Positions 28,818 through 38,294 of a DNA stretch of 64,000 nucleotides are shown one piece after another. Every line of letters starts with the position of its first letter. Positions within the stretch are counted from its first letter, which is position 1. This DNA comes from Candidatus Omnitrophota bacterium (GTDB lineage Bacteria; Omnitrophota; Gorgyraeia; Zapsychrales; Fredricksoniimonadaceae): positions 64,990 to 128,989 of the forward strand of contig CAJARJ010000014.1 of assembly GCA_903944345.1 (NCBI GenBank), read 5' to 3'. Both the position numbers and the translations under genes were made by a program. The notes beneath the pieces are model-generated. The model saw only the letters and a list, made by a program, of their open reading frames with translations. It was not told the origin of the DNA and searched no databases.

Positions 28818-29665
28818 CTTTTAGCAGACACCAGATCGTTCTTGCGAACCTTGCGGCTTGATAAAGGCGGAACAAAGTCGGCTGCCGACATTTCATCCTG
28901 AACCCGGGTGACTCGAACGTCTCCCTGATAAGCACTGCCGCGATAAACCGACATCACAGCCCCCTCACTCACCCCGTCTTTGGCTCCGAGGTCAAAAATA
29001 AGAAACTCGGCTTCAGTATCAATATTAAGCACCTTGCCATTTCTGGAAAGTTCCTGGGCCACGATAATCCGATCCAGCTGAACAGGATCTTCCGCGGCCG
29101 CTGCGGGAGAAAGATCATTGTTCTCGCCAGACAACTCCGGAGCCTTGCCCGCCTTGAAATCATTAACCTGCTTTTCCAGATCCTCGCTCTTTTTCTGAAA
29201 ATCGGCCAGGCTTTGCCTCAACTGCAAAACATCCTGCTTGTGCTGAACAGCCGCCGATTCAAACGTCTTCAATTTACTCTGCAAATCTTCCAACTCCTGG
29301 GAGAGTTTATTGCGTATTTCAAGCTTGGCCTTTGCTTCCTGATCCAGGTTATCACGCAAAGCAAGATTTTCTTTCTTGATCTCGTCTCTCAGCCCCTTTT
29401 CAATTTCCAGATCATCCAGCAAGGCATTAATTCTTTCATCCGCATCCTTGTTCTTGCCTTCAAGCACAAGAATCTGACCCTGAGCGTCATTGAGAGTCGC
29501 CTCGACTTTGGCGTTCTTGAGCGTCAGCTCTGCCAGTGAAGCTTCTACCGCACGACGATTGGCCGTTTCCTTCTGCAGCATATAAATACTGATCGCAACC
29601 GCAGAAACAAGAATGATAATCGTCAGAAAAAGAAAAACAAAAGCTGTGCGTCCCGAATTTTTCAT
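28814..29665 (-). CDS. Hypothetical membrane-anchored coiled-coil protein with a C-terminal beta domain
   Basis: MKNSGRTAFVFLFLTIIILVSAVAISIYML (TM), about 160 aa of heptad-like coiled coil, then C-terminal FLIFDLGAKDGVSEGAVMSVYRG...VRVTRV. Translationally coupled to aroA. Confidence 0.5.
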   Translation of the reverse strand: MKNSGRTAFVFLFLTIIILVSAVAISIYMLQKETANRRAVEASLAELTLKNAKVEATLNDAQGQILVLEGKNKDADERINALLDDLEIEKGLRDEIKKENLALRDNLDQEAKAKLEIRNKLSQELEDLQSKLKTFESAAVQHKQDVLQLRQSLADFQKKSEDLEKQVNDFKAGKAPELSGENNDLSPAAAAEDPVQLDRIIVAQELSRNGKVLNIDTEAEFLIFDLGAKDGVSEGAVMSVYRGSAYQGDVRVTRVQDEMSAADFVPPLSSRKVRKNDLVSAKR

Positions 29666-29786
29666 AAGGTTGTCCCATCCTCTTCTGTTATAAGCCTATT
29701 ATAAAAAGGCACTTCAGGATGTAAAGAGGAAATTCAAGAAATATTGTCCAAAAGCACTGCCACAAGAGAGATTACAACCCTGTTTA

Positions 29787-30692
29787 TCAAACATAGTCCA
29801 TGAAATCTTCCGGCAGCGGAACGGACAATTCGAGTCTGTGCCCGCTGCGAGGATGATCAAAAGCTATCGCCTGGGCATGCAGGGCCATACGAGGGAAATT
29901 TCCTTTATTGCCATATTTTTCGTCTCCCATAATCGGATGACCGCTATGACGCATATGCAACCTGAGCTGATGGGTTCGCCCGGTACTTGGATAGAGCGCC
30001 ACTGCAGTCAGCCGCTGGCAACGCCTGATAACAGAATAAAAAGTTTCTGCTGTCTTGGCCGGCTCGCCTTCTCTGGCAATGCGCCGCATATCATGATGTT
30101 TCGGATGCCGGGCAATGGCGGCGGTGATCCGCCCCTCATCGAACTGCACAACACCTTCAACCAGAGCAACATACTTTTTTTCTATCGAATGCTCCTCAAA
30201 CTGGGCAGCCAACCGGGCATGAGCGAAATTATTGCGCGCCACAAGAATAATCCCGGACGTTTCCTTGTCGAGACGATGCACGATCCCGGGACGCTTGCCC
30301 CCATTGATATCGGAGAGTTCATCAAAATGATAAACCAGAGCATTCACCAGAGTCCCGCTATAATTCCCGGCAGCCGGATGAACCGATATCCCGACCGGCT
30401 TGTTCAGTGCAATGACATCGCCGTCTTCCCAGACAATATCCAGCTGTGCCGGCTCCGGCTTAAGGCGTTCGTCCGGATAATCCTCATCCCTGACATCCAG
30501 GTCAATCCGGTCACCGGGCTGAACATGATAACAGGCACGTGCCACAGCGCCATTCACCAGCAGTCGACCATCATCTATCAAACGTTTTACAAACATGCGC
30601 GAAGGAATAACGTCCGGCAGACTACGGGCCACATAAATATCTACCCGGATATCCTTGTCCTGTTCGGTAATTGTCAACGTGTGCGTTGTCAT
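29787..30692 (-). CDS. rluD: RluA-family 23S rRNA pseudouridine synthase (RluD-like, N-terminal S4 domain)
   Basis: S4-like N-terminus, catalytic HRLDKETSGIILVARN. ATG at 30692 overlaps the lgt stop (ATGA). Confidence 0.75.
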   Translation of the reverse strand: MTTHTLTITEQDKDIRVDIYVARSLPDVIPSRMFVKRLIDDGRLLVNGAVARACYHVQPGDRIDLDVRDEDYPDERLKPEPAQLDIVWEDGDVIALNKPVGISVHPAAGNYSGTLVNALVYHFDELSDINGGKRPGIVHRLDKETSGIILVARNNFAHARLAAQFEEHSIEKKYVALVEGVVQFDEGRITAAIARHPKHHDMRRIAREGEPAKTAETFYSVIRRCQRLTAVALYPSTGRTHQLRLHMRHSGHPIMGDEKYGNKGNFPRMALHAQAIAFDHPRSGHRLELSVPLPEDFMDYV

Positions 30693-31420
30693 GATCGAGT
30701 CCGGTTCAGACGAATTTGTGCATAAAAAGCAAACATAAAAACCACCAGACATACATACTGGAAAATACTCAGTCCGGCGTATAAAAGATGATCCGCCCTG
30801 AAAAACTCGATGAAAAAACGGTCAATCGAGGATAACAACAAATACCAGACAAAAATCTGGCCGTCACGAAAATTCCGGGAAGCAGCGATCCTTAATAAAA
30901 CAAAAATCACCAGCTGGGTCAAAGACATATAAACCTGGGTCGGATGGACGGCAACGTCAAAGGAAGGAAAAACAAGCCCCCACGCCACTGGCTTGCCGTA
31001 ACAACAGCCGTTGAGCAGGCAACCGACCCTGCCGATAGCATGCCCCAAAGCCACATAGGGAGCCGCCAGATCGAGAAAGCGCCACACCGGAATATTCTTC
31101 TTGCGCAAATAAACGACAAAAGCGGCCAGACCGCCAAAGAAACTGCCCTGCCAGGCCAATCCGCCATTCCAGAGCATTACAATCTCGAGCGGCGAAGAAA
31201 TAAAATACTTCAGGTTCAGAAAAACATAAAAAAGACGCGCCCCGGCTATACCCGAAAGCACAACCCAGAAAACAAGATCATAAACAACATCCCGCGCGAT
31301 TCCCATGCGCTTGCCCGCTTCCCGCGCAAGCAACCCTCCCGAGAGCAGCACGGCCAGAGCCAGCATCAATCCATAACTGTAAAGTGTAAAAGGGCCAAAC
31401 GAAAAAAGCTTTGGATACAT
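30689..31420 (-). CDS. lgt: Phosphatidylglycerol--prolipoprotein diacylglyceryl transferase
   Basis: MYPKLFSFGPFTLYSYGLMLALAV... polytopic. Lgt signature region GARLFYVFLNL...HPTQVYMSL. Confidence 0.85.
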   Translation of the reverse strand: MYPKLFSFGPFTLYSYGLMLALAVLLSGGLLAREAGKRMGIARDVVYDLVFWVVLSGIAGARLFYVFLNLKYFISSPLEIVMLWNGGLAWQGSFFGGLAAFVVYLRKKNIPVWRFLDLAAPYVALGHAIGRVGCLLNGCCYGKPVAWGLVFPSFDVAVHPTQVYMSLTQLVIFVLLRIAASRNFRDGQIFVWYLLLSSIDRFFIEFFRADHLLYAGLSIFQYVCLVVFMFAFYAQIRLNRTRS

Positions 31421-31442
31421 AGTCTAAGTCCGTTATGAAAGT

Positions 31443-31940
31443 CTATGGTTTCTTCGGAGCAACCTGCCAGGGCCAGGAAAAACATTTCCCCATAATAATG
31501 ACGGCCCCGACACTGATCGCACTGTCGGCCACATTAAAAACGGGCCAGATCCGGAAGTCAATAAAATCGATCACATAACCCAATAAAATCCGGTCAGTAA
31601 GATTGCCGATTGCTCCGCCCAGAATCAGGGAAAAGGCAACAACATACCAACGATCAAGCTCCGAGCATTTATGGTAATAATAGATATTGTAGAGCAACAG
31701 GGCAACCGCGATCAAAGGGATGACCAGATAAACAAACCCGTTGTCCTTGAAGAGACCAAAAGCGATCCCGGTGTTATGCACCAGGGTAAAATGAAAGAAA
31801 CGATAAATGATGGGTAAAGATTCTCCGATCCGCAAAAGATCGGAAAAAAAGATTTTGGTCAAGCGGTCAACCAGAACCACAACAACGACTGTACTGAGGC
31901 ACAGGGCAATATCCGTAAAAGAATTGTTGTGTTTACGCAT
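31443..31940 (-). CDS. lspA: Lipoprotein signal peptidase (signal peptidase II)
   Basis: LspA motifs: HNTGIAFG, FNVADSAISVG. Four TM segments. Confidence 0.85.
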   Translation of the reverse strand: MRKHNNSFTDIALCLSTVVVVVLVDRLTKIFFSDLLRIGESLPIIYRFFHFTLVHNTGIAFGLFKDNGFVYLVIPLIAVALLLYNIYYYHKCSELDRWYVVAFSLILGGAIGNLTDRILLGYVIDFIDFRIWPVFNVADSAISVGAVIIMGKCFSWPWQVAPKKP

Positions 31941-31999
31941 AAAACGCCTTGGTCCGGATCAAGGAACTATCAGAAAAAATTATTGTGTGCGAGCGGGAA

Positions 32000-32386
32000 T
32001 CATTTCCCCAGCTTGCGATCCATTTCTTCCTGGACTTCAAGGCAGTACTCTGCGTAAGGAATCGCCTTCAAACGCTGATCAGGAATACGCTTTCCTGACT
32101 TGAGACAAAAGCCATACACGCCCTTATCGATCCGGGCAAGAGCATCATCAATACGCGAAATAACCTCCCGGTCATTGGACGCCAGCGAAAGATTGAACTC
32201 CCGGTCATACATATCGGTGGCCACATCCGCCATATGCAAAGCATGACCGGATACATCCCCCTTGTCTCCCTGCTCACCCTCATTTTCATCAGACATGCTG
32301 CGGATATCGCCTTGGATCTGCCCTTTGATCTTGAGTAACAGCTTCTTATAAAAATCCAGCTTCTTTTCGTCCATTTTATCGGGCAT
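32000..32386 (-). CDS. DksA/TraR-family RNA polymerase-binding protein, two-Cys (DksA2-like) zinc-finger variant
   Basis: Coiled-coil with acidic tip (MADVATDMYD). C-terminal GFCLKSGKRI...YAEYCLEVQ aligns to the DksA CxxC...CxxC motif with the 2nd and 4th Cys replaced by Ser/Val. ATG at 32386 with AAGGA upstream. Confidence 0.65.
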   Translation of the reverse strand: MPDKMDEKKLDFYKKLLLKIKGQIQGDIRSMSDENEGEQGDKGDVSGHALHMADVATDMYDREFNLSLASNDREVISRIDDALARIDKGVYGFCLKSGKRIPDQRLKAIPYAEYCLEVQEEMDRKLGK

Positions 32387-32414
32387 TTCGAAACATCCTT
32401 CTTGTGATTGACGG

Positions 32415-35221
32415 TTAATCCTCACCTTTCACCGCTGCAGCACATCGCGGGCATACTCCGGGATGATCTGGATCAAGACCAAGATCCTGCCGGTAATTCC
32501 AGCAACGCGGACATTTGTCTCCTTGCGCACGGGCAATAACAATTTCTGTGGCCGGAAAAACTCCACCGACAGCAGACACTACCGCCGTAACCCGCTCAAT
32601 CGAAACCGCGGAAACAATAAAAAGCATCGGCAATGTGTCGAGCAACGCTTCAAAATATTCGGCGTCACGCTGACTTGCCGTACGAATAATGACCCGGGCT
32701 TCCAGCGAAGCCCCGATAGCCCCCTCAGCGCGCCTAGCCTCCAGGGCCTTGAGAATATACGGCCGCAGCTGTGTCAGGAGAGCATAGCGTTCTTCCAAAG
32801 CTGAATCGTGCCAGGACGAATCGACGCAAGGCCACGAAGCCAGATGAACGCTGTTATCCGGAACGGCACCAGGAAGAAAGGTAAACATTTCTTCGGATGT
32901 GAACGCCAGAACCGGCGCAAGCATCCGGACGACTCCGTCGGCAATATAATAAAGAACAGTTTGTGCCGAGCGCCTTTTCAAGGATCGCGAGCCGGAAGTA
33001 TATATTCGATCCTTGAGGATGTCAAGATAAAAGCCGGAGAGATCCTCGTTACAAAAAAGATATATCTCCCGAATGACTGATGAAAAATCATAACGTTCAT
33101 ACGCCGCAGTCACCCGATTGACCAGTCCCGCGTAACGGCTCAAGGCCAGACGATCCACTTCCAGCAGCTGAGCGGACTCGACCTTGTGCTCCGCAGGAAT
33201 AAACCCGTCCAGATTGGCCAACAGATACCGCACCGTATTACGAATCTTGCGATAGGCATCCACCAGCCGGTCCATGATCTCTTTGGAAAGCCGGATATCA
33301 TCATTATAATTGGAAGAAGCCACCCACAGTCGCAGGATGTCAACACCGTTATTCTTGATCACATCGTCAGGAGCTATGACATTGCCCAGTGACTTGGACA
33401 TCTTGCGCCCGTCACCGTCAACCACAAACCCGTGAGTAAGAACCTGCCGGTACGGAGCCCGGCCATCCAGGGCAACCGAAGGAATAATCGAAGACTGAAA
33501 CCAGCCGCGGTGCTGATCAGAGCCTTCCAGATAAAGATCGGCCGGCAGGGGCAGTTTGAGCATTCCGTTAAAAACAGCCCGGTGACTGACCCCGGAATCA
33601 AACCAGACATCCAGAATGTCGTGTGTCTTTTCGAAATCTTCAACTTTCCCCTGGGCGGGTTCAAACCCCTTGGGCCACAAAGCCGCCAGGTCCCGCTCAA
33701 ACCAGACATTGGAACCATGCTCTGCCGCCAGACGGGCAACATGGTCAACGAGTTCGGGAAAAAGATACTGTTCATCTGTGCCCTTACGTCTGACTGCAGG
33801 GATGGGAACTCCCCAGTTGCGTTGACGGGAAAGGCACCAGTCCGGCCGGGTCTCGACCATGGCCCGGATACGCTCCTGCCCCGCCGCCGGAAACCACTGG
33901 ACATCCGAATGAATGGCCTCTTTAACCCTGGCACGCAATCCCTCATGATCAATCTTCAGGAACCACTGCCAGGTCGCCCGGAAAATAATCGGTTTCTTGC
34001 AACGCCAGCAATGTGGATAGGAATGCCGGATATCCTCGGAATAAAACAACAACCCCCGCGCATCCAGCTCGGCGATCACCTCAGGATTGACTTTGGAAAC
34101 GTGCTTCCCGGCAAAAATACCGGCTTCGTCCGTAAAAACACCCCGATCATTGACCGGCATCAGAATATCAAGTTTATAACGCAGGCCGGTCTGGTAGTCG
34201 TCCTGACCGTGTCCCGGAGCTGTGTGTACAAGACCCGTACCGTCTTCCCTGGTCACGTAATCCGCCGCAACCACCCGTCCGGACTTCTGCGGAGCAAACG
34301 GCCGAGCATATTCGAGCACTGTCAGCGCGCTGCCCTTGAACTCCCGCAAGACTTTCCAGTCCAGCCCGTTTTTTGCGGACGCACCTTTATCCAGAACACC
34401 CGCAGAAAGATTTTTTTCCACAATCAGCTGTCCGCGAGTTGTTTCTACCAATACATAATCAAAATCCGGATGCACCGCAACCGCCACGTTTGCCGGCAAT
34501 GTCCAGGGCGTTGTGGTCCAGATCAGAAGGAAAAGCTCGGCCTTGTCGGCAAGCCCCAAAACCACCGGATTGGTAACCCTGAGCTTGACAAAGACTGCCG
34601 AAGAGGTGTGATCTTCGTACTCGACTTCCGCTTCGGCCAGTGCAGTTTCGCAATCACAACACCAGTTCACCGGCTTACGATTACGATACACATAACCCTT
34701 ACGGGTCAACTCGGCCAAGGTTTCCAGAATACAGGCTTCATACCAGGGTGCCAGTGTCAGGTAGGGTTTGTCCCAATCCCCCATAACTCCCAACCGCTTG
34801 AACTGTTCCTTTTGCAAACCAACATGCTTCATGGCGTAATCATGCGCCTTGCGGCGTAATTCAAGGCAATCAATGTCGGACTTTCTGGCTTTGAGTTCCT
34901 TGAGCAAGGCATGCTCGATAGGCAGCCCATGACAATCCCACCCTGGAATATACCGGCTGTCAAAACCCTGCATGGTTTTGTACTTAACCACAACATCTTT
35001 AAGAATCTTGTTAAGCGCATGGCCAATATGGATATTACCGTTGGCATAAGGAGGCCCGTCGTGCAGAATAAACGGCTTGCGCCCCCTGGCTTGCTCCCGA
35101 ATACGGGTATACAAACCGGACTTCTCCCAGGCGGCCAGCATTTGCGGCTCTTTCTGGGCAAGCCCCGCCTTCATGGGGAAATCTGTTTTCGGAAGGTTGA
35201 GTGTTTTTTGATAATCCATAT
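32415..35221 (-). CDS. ileS: Isoleucine--tRNA ligase
   Basis: [20 protein letters not shown]...[13 protein letters not shown] (HIGH)...KMSKS. C-terminal Zn-finger CPRCWNY...CPRC. ATG at 35221. Confidence 0.9.
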
Positions 35222-35412
35222 AATCCTTCTGGGGTTTGCCCTTTATGCGGCGCTCGGACATCTGCCAGTCGCTCGGACAGTTTTCACACACTTCGTTTCT
35301 TTTCGGAAGCAAAAAATTAATGCCGATACAATTTATATCAAACGAAACGTTTGTCAAGACTATCCGCGGGGACGCCTTCCCGGGCTGCAAACGCCTGTGG
35401 GCCAATCCGGGT

Positions 35413-36273
35413 TTATTTCATATATTTGCCAATTATAATCTCCAGATCCCGCTTTTTCTGCTCCGGAACAAGATCCGGACGGGTCACAATAGCCCCTTCA
35501 AGCGCGGAAGACGCGGAAAATTTCTTGATGCGGCCAATTCTGGGAATCGCAAGTTTCAGAATCTTTTCGGCATTTTTGATATTTTTAGACAGACATTCAA
35601 TAATCATCTCGACAGTAACCGTCCCGTGCGAATGATGCCAGCAGTCATAGTCTGTCACCGCAGCCAGTGTTGCATAAGATATCTCGGCCTCCCGAGCCAG
35701 CCGGGCCTCGGGCAGATTGGTCATTCCAATAATGTCACACCCCCAGGAACGATACAGTGCCGACTCGGCCTTGGTCGAAAATTGCGGCCCCTCCATATTC
35801 AGATAAGTTCCATTCTTGTGCGCATCAACTCCTGCTTTTTCACAAGACTGGTAAACGATATCCGCAACTTCATCAGACACAGGCTCGGCCATGCTGATAT
35901 GGGCGGTAATCCCCCCCGAAAAGAATGTGCTGTGGCCGCGGGTTGTCATCCGGTCAATAAACTGATCCGGAACCACAAAATCCAGGGGCTTGATCTCGAG
36001 CTTCAGACTGCCGACCGCTGACACGGAAACAATCGCGTCAACTCCAAGTTTCTTCATGCCCCAGATGTTCGCCCGACAATTGATCTCGGACGGGGAAATG
36101 CGATGTCCGCGCCCGTGACGAGGAAGAAAAACAACCGGAGTCCCTTCCAGTGTGCCCGTTACAAAAACATCCGACGGGTCACCAAAAGGCGTTTCCAGCG
36201 ACACCTCCCGCGCATCCTGCAAACCGTCAATCTGATATAAACCGCTCCCGCCAATGACCCCGACTGTTGCCAT
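35413..36273 (-). CDS. mtnP: S-methyl-5'-thioadenosine phosphorylase
   Basis: [13 protein letters not shown]...PRHGRGHRI...[29 protein letters not shown] family. SD AAGGAG. Confidence 0.8.
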   Translation of the reverse strand: MATVGVIGGSGLYQIDGLQDAREVSLETPFGDPSDVFVTGTLEGTPVVFLPRHGRGHRISPSEINCRANIWGMKKLGVDAIVSVSAVGSLKLEIKPLDFVVPDQFIDRMTTRGHSTFFSGGITAHISMAEPVSDEVADIVYQSCEKAGVDAHKNGTYLNMEGPQFSTKAESALYRSWGCDIIGMTNLPEARLAREAEISYATLAAVTDYDCWHHSHGTVTVEMIIECLSKNIKNAEKILKLAIPRIGRIKKFSASSALEGAIVTRPDLVPEQKKRDLEIIIGKYMK

Positions 36274-36310
36274 AGACCGACTCCTTTAGCGTATCTCTTT
36301 ATTTTAGAAA

Positions 36311-37090
36311 CTACCGTGCCAGCTCTTTAGCCCTGTCCCTCGCGGCGGTCATCGCCGAAACAAAAAGAGCGGGCATTCCCCCGGCCATAAAAACATCCAT
36401 CGCCGCCTGGGTTGTGCCGCCCTTGGAGGTAACCATTGATCTTAACCCGGCGGCAGAATCCTTTGAGCCCGCCAGCAAACGCGAAGATCCCAGCAACGTT
36501 CCCTGAACCAGCGTCCGTGCTTCCTTTTCGGTAAACCCCAGATCGCGTGCGGCAGTCATCATGCACTCCGCAACCAGAAAAATATACCCCGGCCCACTGC
36601 CGGAAACCGCCGTAACAGCGTCCATCTGGGATTCCTTGAGAACCAGGCTGTCCCCCACCCCGGAAAAAATGTCCTGCACCAGTGCCAGATCTTTGGCACT
36701 CGCACTGCGTCCACGGCAGACCGCGCTGACACCCTCACCAATCATGGCCGGAAGATTGGGCATCACACGAACAACCCGTGCGGATCGCAAGGATTGTTCC
36801 AGAAATGCCGTACGAATGCCGGCAGCTATCGACACAAAAAGTTTTCCCTTAAGCGGCTGGCCGGCAATATCGGCTAATAATGCCGGGAAATCCTGTGGTT
36901 TAACCGCGAGCAAAATAACATCGCAGGCCGTCAGCAATTCCGCAAGCGAACAGGAAGACACCTTAAACTTCTTTTTCAGATACGCCCTGCGTTCTGCTCT
37001 TGGCTCACACACCAGGCATGAATGTTTCTTGTAATTGCCGGCAAGTATGGCTTCTCCCATATTACCACAACCAATAAACCCGATCTTCAT
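36311..37090 (-). CDS. proC: Pyrroline-5-carboxylate reductase
   Basis: MKIGFIGCGNMGEAIL...SGSGPGYIF. ATG at 37090 preceded by GGGAGG, 1 nt after the yggS stop. Confidence 0.85.
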   Translation of the reverse strand: MKIGFIGCGNMGEAILAGNYKKHSCLVCEPRAERRAYLKKKFKVSSCSLAELLTACDVILLAVKPQDFPALLADIAGQPLKGKLFVSIAAGIRTAFLEQSLRSARVVRVMPNLPAMIGEGVSAVCRGRSASAKDLALVQDIFSGVGDSLVLKESQMDAVTAVSGSGPGYIFLVAECMMTAARDLGFTEKEARTLVQGTLLGSSRLLAGSKDSAAGLRSMVTSKGGTTQAAMDVFMAGGMPALFVSAMTAARDRAKELAR

Positions 37091-37091
37091 C

Positions 37092-37799
37092 TCAAACCTC
37101 CCGATGGGAACTCTCTCCGAATACTGCCGAACCAATCCTGACCATATTGGCCCCCTCTTCAATCGCTATAGTATAGTCTCCACTCATCCCCATGGACAGA
37201 TATTTCATTTGGCCACCGCCAGGTAACGGCCGGGCAGCCAACTGCTGAAAAAGACCGTAACAATCCCTGAAAACTCCACGGATTCTTTCAGCATCCTGAC
37301 AAAGAGGAGCCATAGTCATCAATCCCTGCAGACGAACATGCGCCAGCGCGGATAGTCCGTCCAGCATTTGATCAATCTCTCCGGGAGAAAGGCCGAACTT
37401 CTGCTCCTCCCGGGCGATATCCATCTGAAGAAGAATGTTCTGAATTTTGCCGCAGGCTTGCGCCCGCTTATTGATCTCAAGAGCAAGCTTCAGACTGTCA
37501 ACCGACTGGATCAAATCAAAAAGACGCACAGCATCCCGAACCTTGTTGGTCTGCAGATGCCCAATCAGATGAGTGGTCAAAAGCCGTCCACCGGCATCCA
37601 GCAATGGAAACTTTTCGTCAGCCAGCTGAACACGATTTTCGGCAATATGCGACAGTCCTGCCCGAAGGGCCTCATTAACGGCCTGGACACTGGCGAATTT
37701 GGTAACCCCTACAAGAATAATATTATCGCCGGAACGACCGGAGCGTTTGGCCGCCGCGCGAATATTGTCTGTGAGATGTTGCAGATTGTTACTGATCAT
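37092..37799 (-). CDS. yggS: YggS-family pyridoxal-phosphate homeostasis protein
   Basis: ILVGVTKFASVQAVNEALRAGLSHIAENRVQ...HLIGHLQTNKVR...LSMGMSGDY. Confidence 0.85.
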   Translation of the reverse strand: MISNNLQHLTDNIRAAAKRSGRSGDNIILVGVTKFASVQAVNEALRAGLSHIAENRVQLADEKFPLLDAGGRLLTTHLIGHLQTNKVRDAVRLFDLIQSVDSLKLALEINKRAQACGKIQNILLQMDIAREEQKFGLSPGEIDQMLDGLSALAHVRLQGLMTMAPLCQDAERIRGVFRDCYGLFQQLAARPLPGGGQMKYLSMGMSGDYTIAIEEGANMVRIGSAVFGESSHREV

Positions 37800-37814
37800 A
37801 AGACAGCCCTGCTG

Positions 37815-38234
37815 TCAATCCGGGGCGGACGTCTTTTCCGGGGCGGCAGGAATAAAAAGATTCCTTGAAGTCTTTTCAGCCAAGATCTCCATGATTCTGG
37901 ATAAAAGATCCTGAAAACGAACCGGCTTGACCAAATAGGCACTGATCCCGTGCCGGCAGAAGATCGGCTCCATGGAGTCGTAGGCCGTAAGCACAATAAT
38001 CGGGATATTTTCCGCGCCGGGGATTTTCTTGCGCTCGTACAAAAAGGCATAGCCGTTCATCTGGGGCATTTCAATATCAAGGACAATAAGGTCAACCGGG
38101 CCTTCGCGTAAAACCTTGATGGCCTGCTCGCCGTCATTGACTCCGATAACGGAAATCCCCTGCTGCAGAAGCTTCTTTTTTGTGACGTCGACAACCAGCT
38201 CTTCGTCATCAACTAACAGGACTGTTCCTACCAT
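37815..38234 (-). CDS. Stand-alone response-regulator receiver domain protein (CheY-like)
   Basis: VLLVDDEE...DLIVLDIEMPQMNG...IIVLTAYD...LVKPV. 139 aa, no output domain. Confidence 0.75.
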   Translation of the reverse strand: MVGTVLLVDDEELVVDVTKKKLLQQGISVIGVNDGEQAIKVLREGPVDLIVLDIEMPQMNGYAFLYERKKIPGAENIPIIVLTAYDSMEPIFCRHGISAYLVKPVRFQDLLSRIMEILAEKTSRNLFIPAAPEKTSAPD

Positions 38235-38294
38235 ATGAGTGGAATTATATCTGCAAAAAGTGGCAGAACAATCATTAATATGATTTTTTTAACA

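Noticed and set aside
35222-35412. T-box or attenuator leader upstream of ileS
   Set aside because: The 190-nt leader has no T-box AGGGUGGNACCGCG motif and no obvious terminator/antiterminator pair. It is probably an ordinary promoter/5'UTR.
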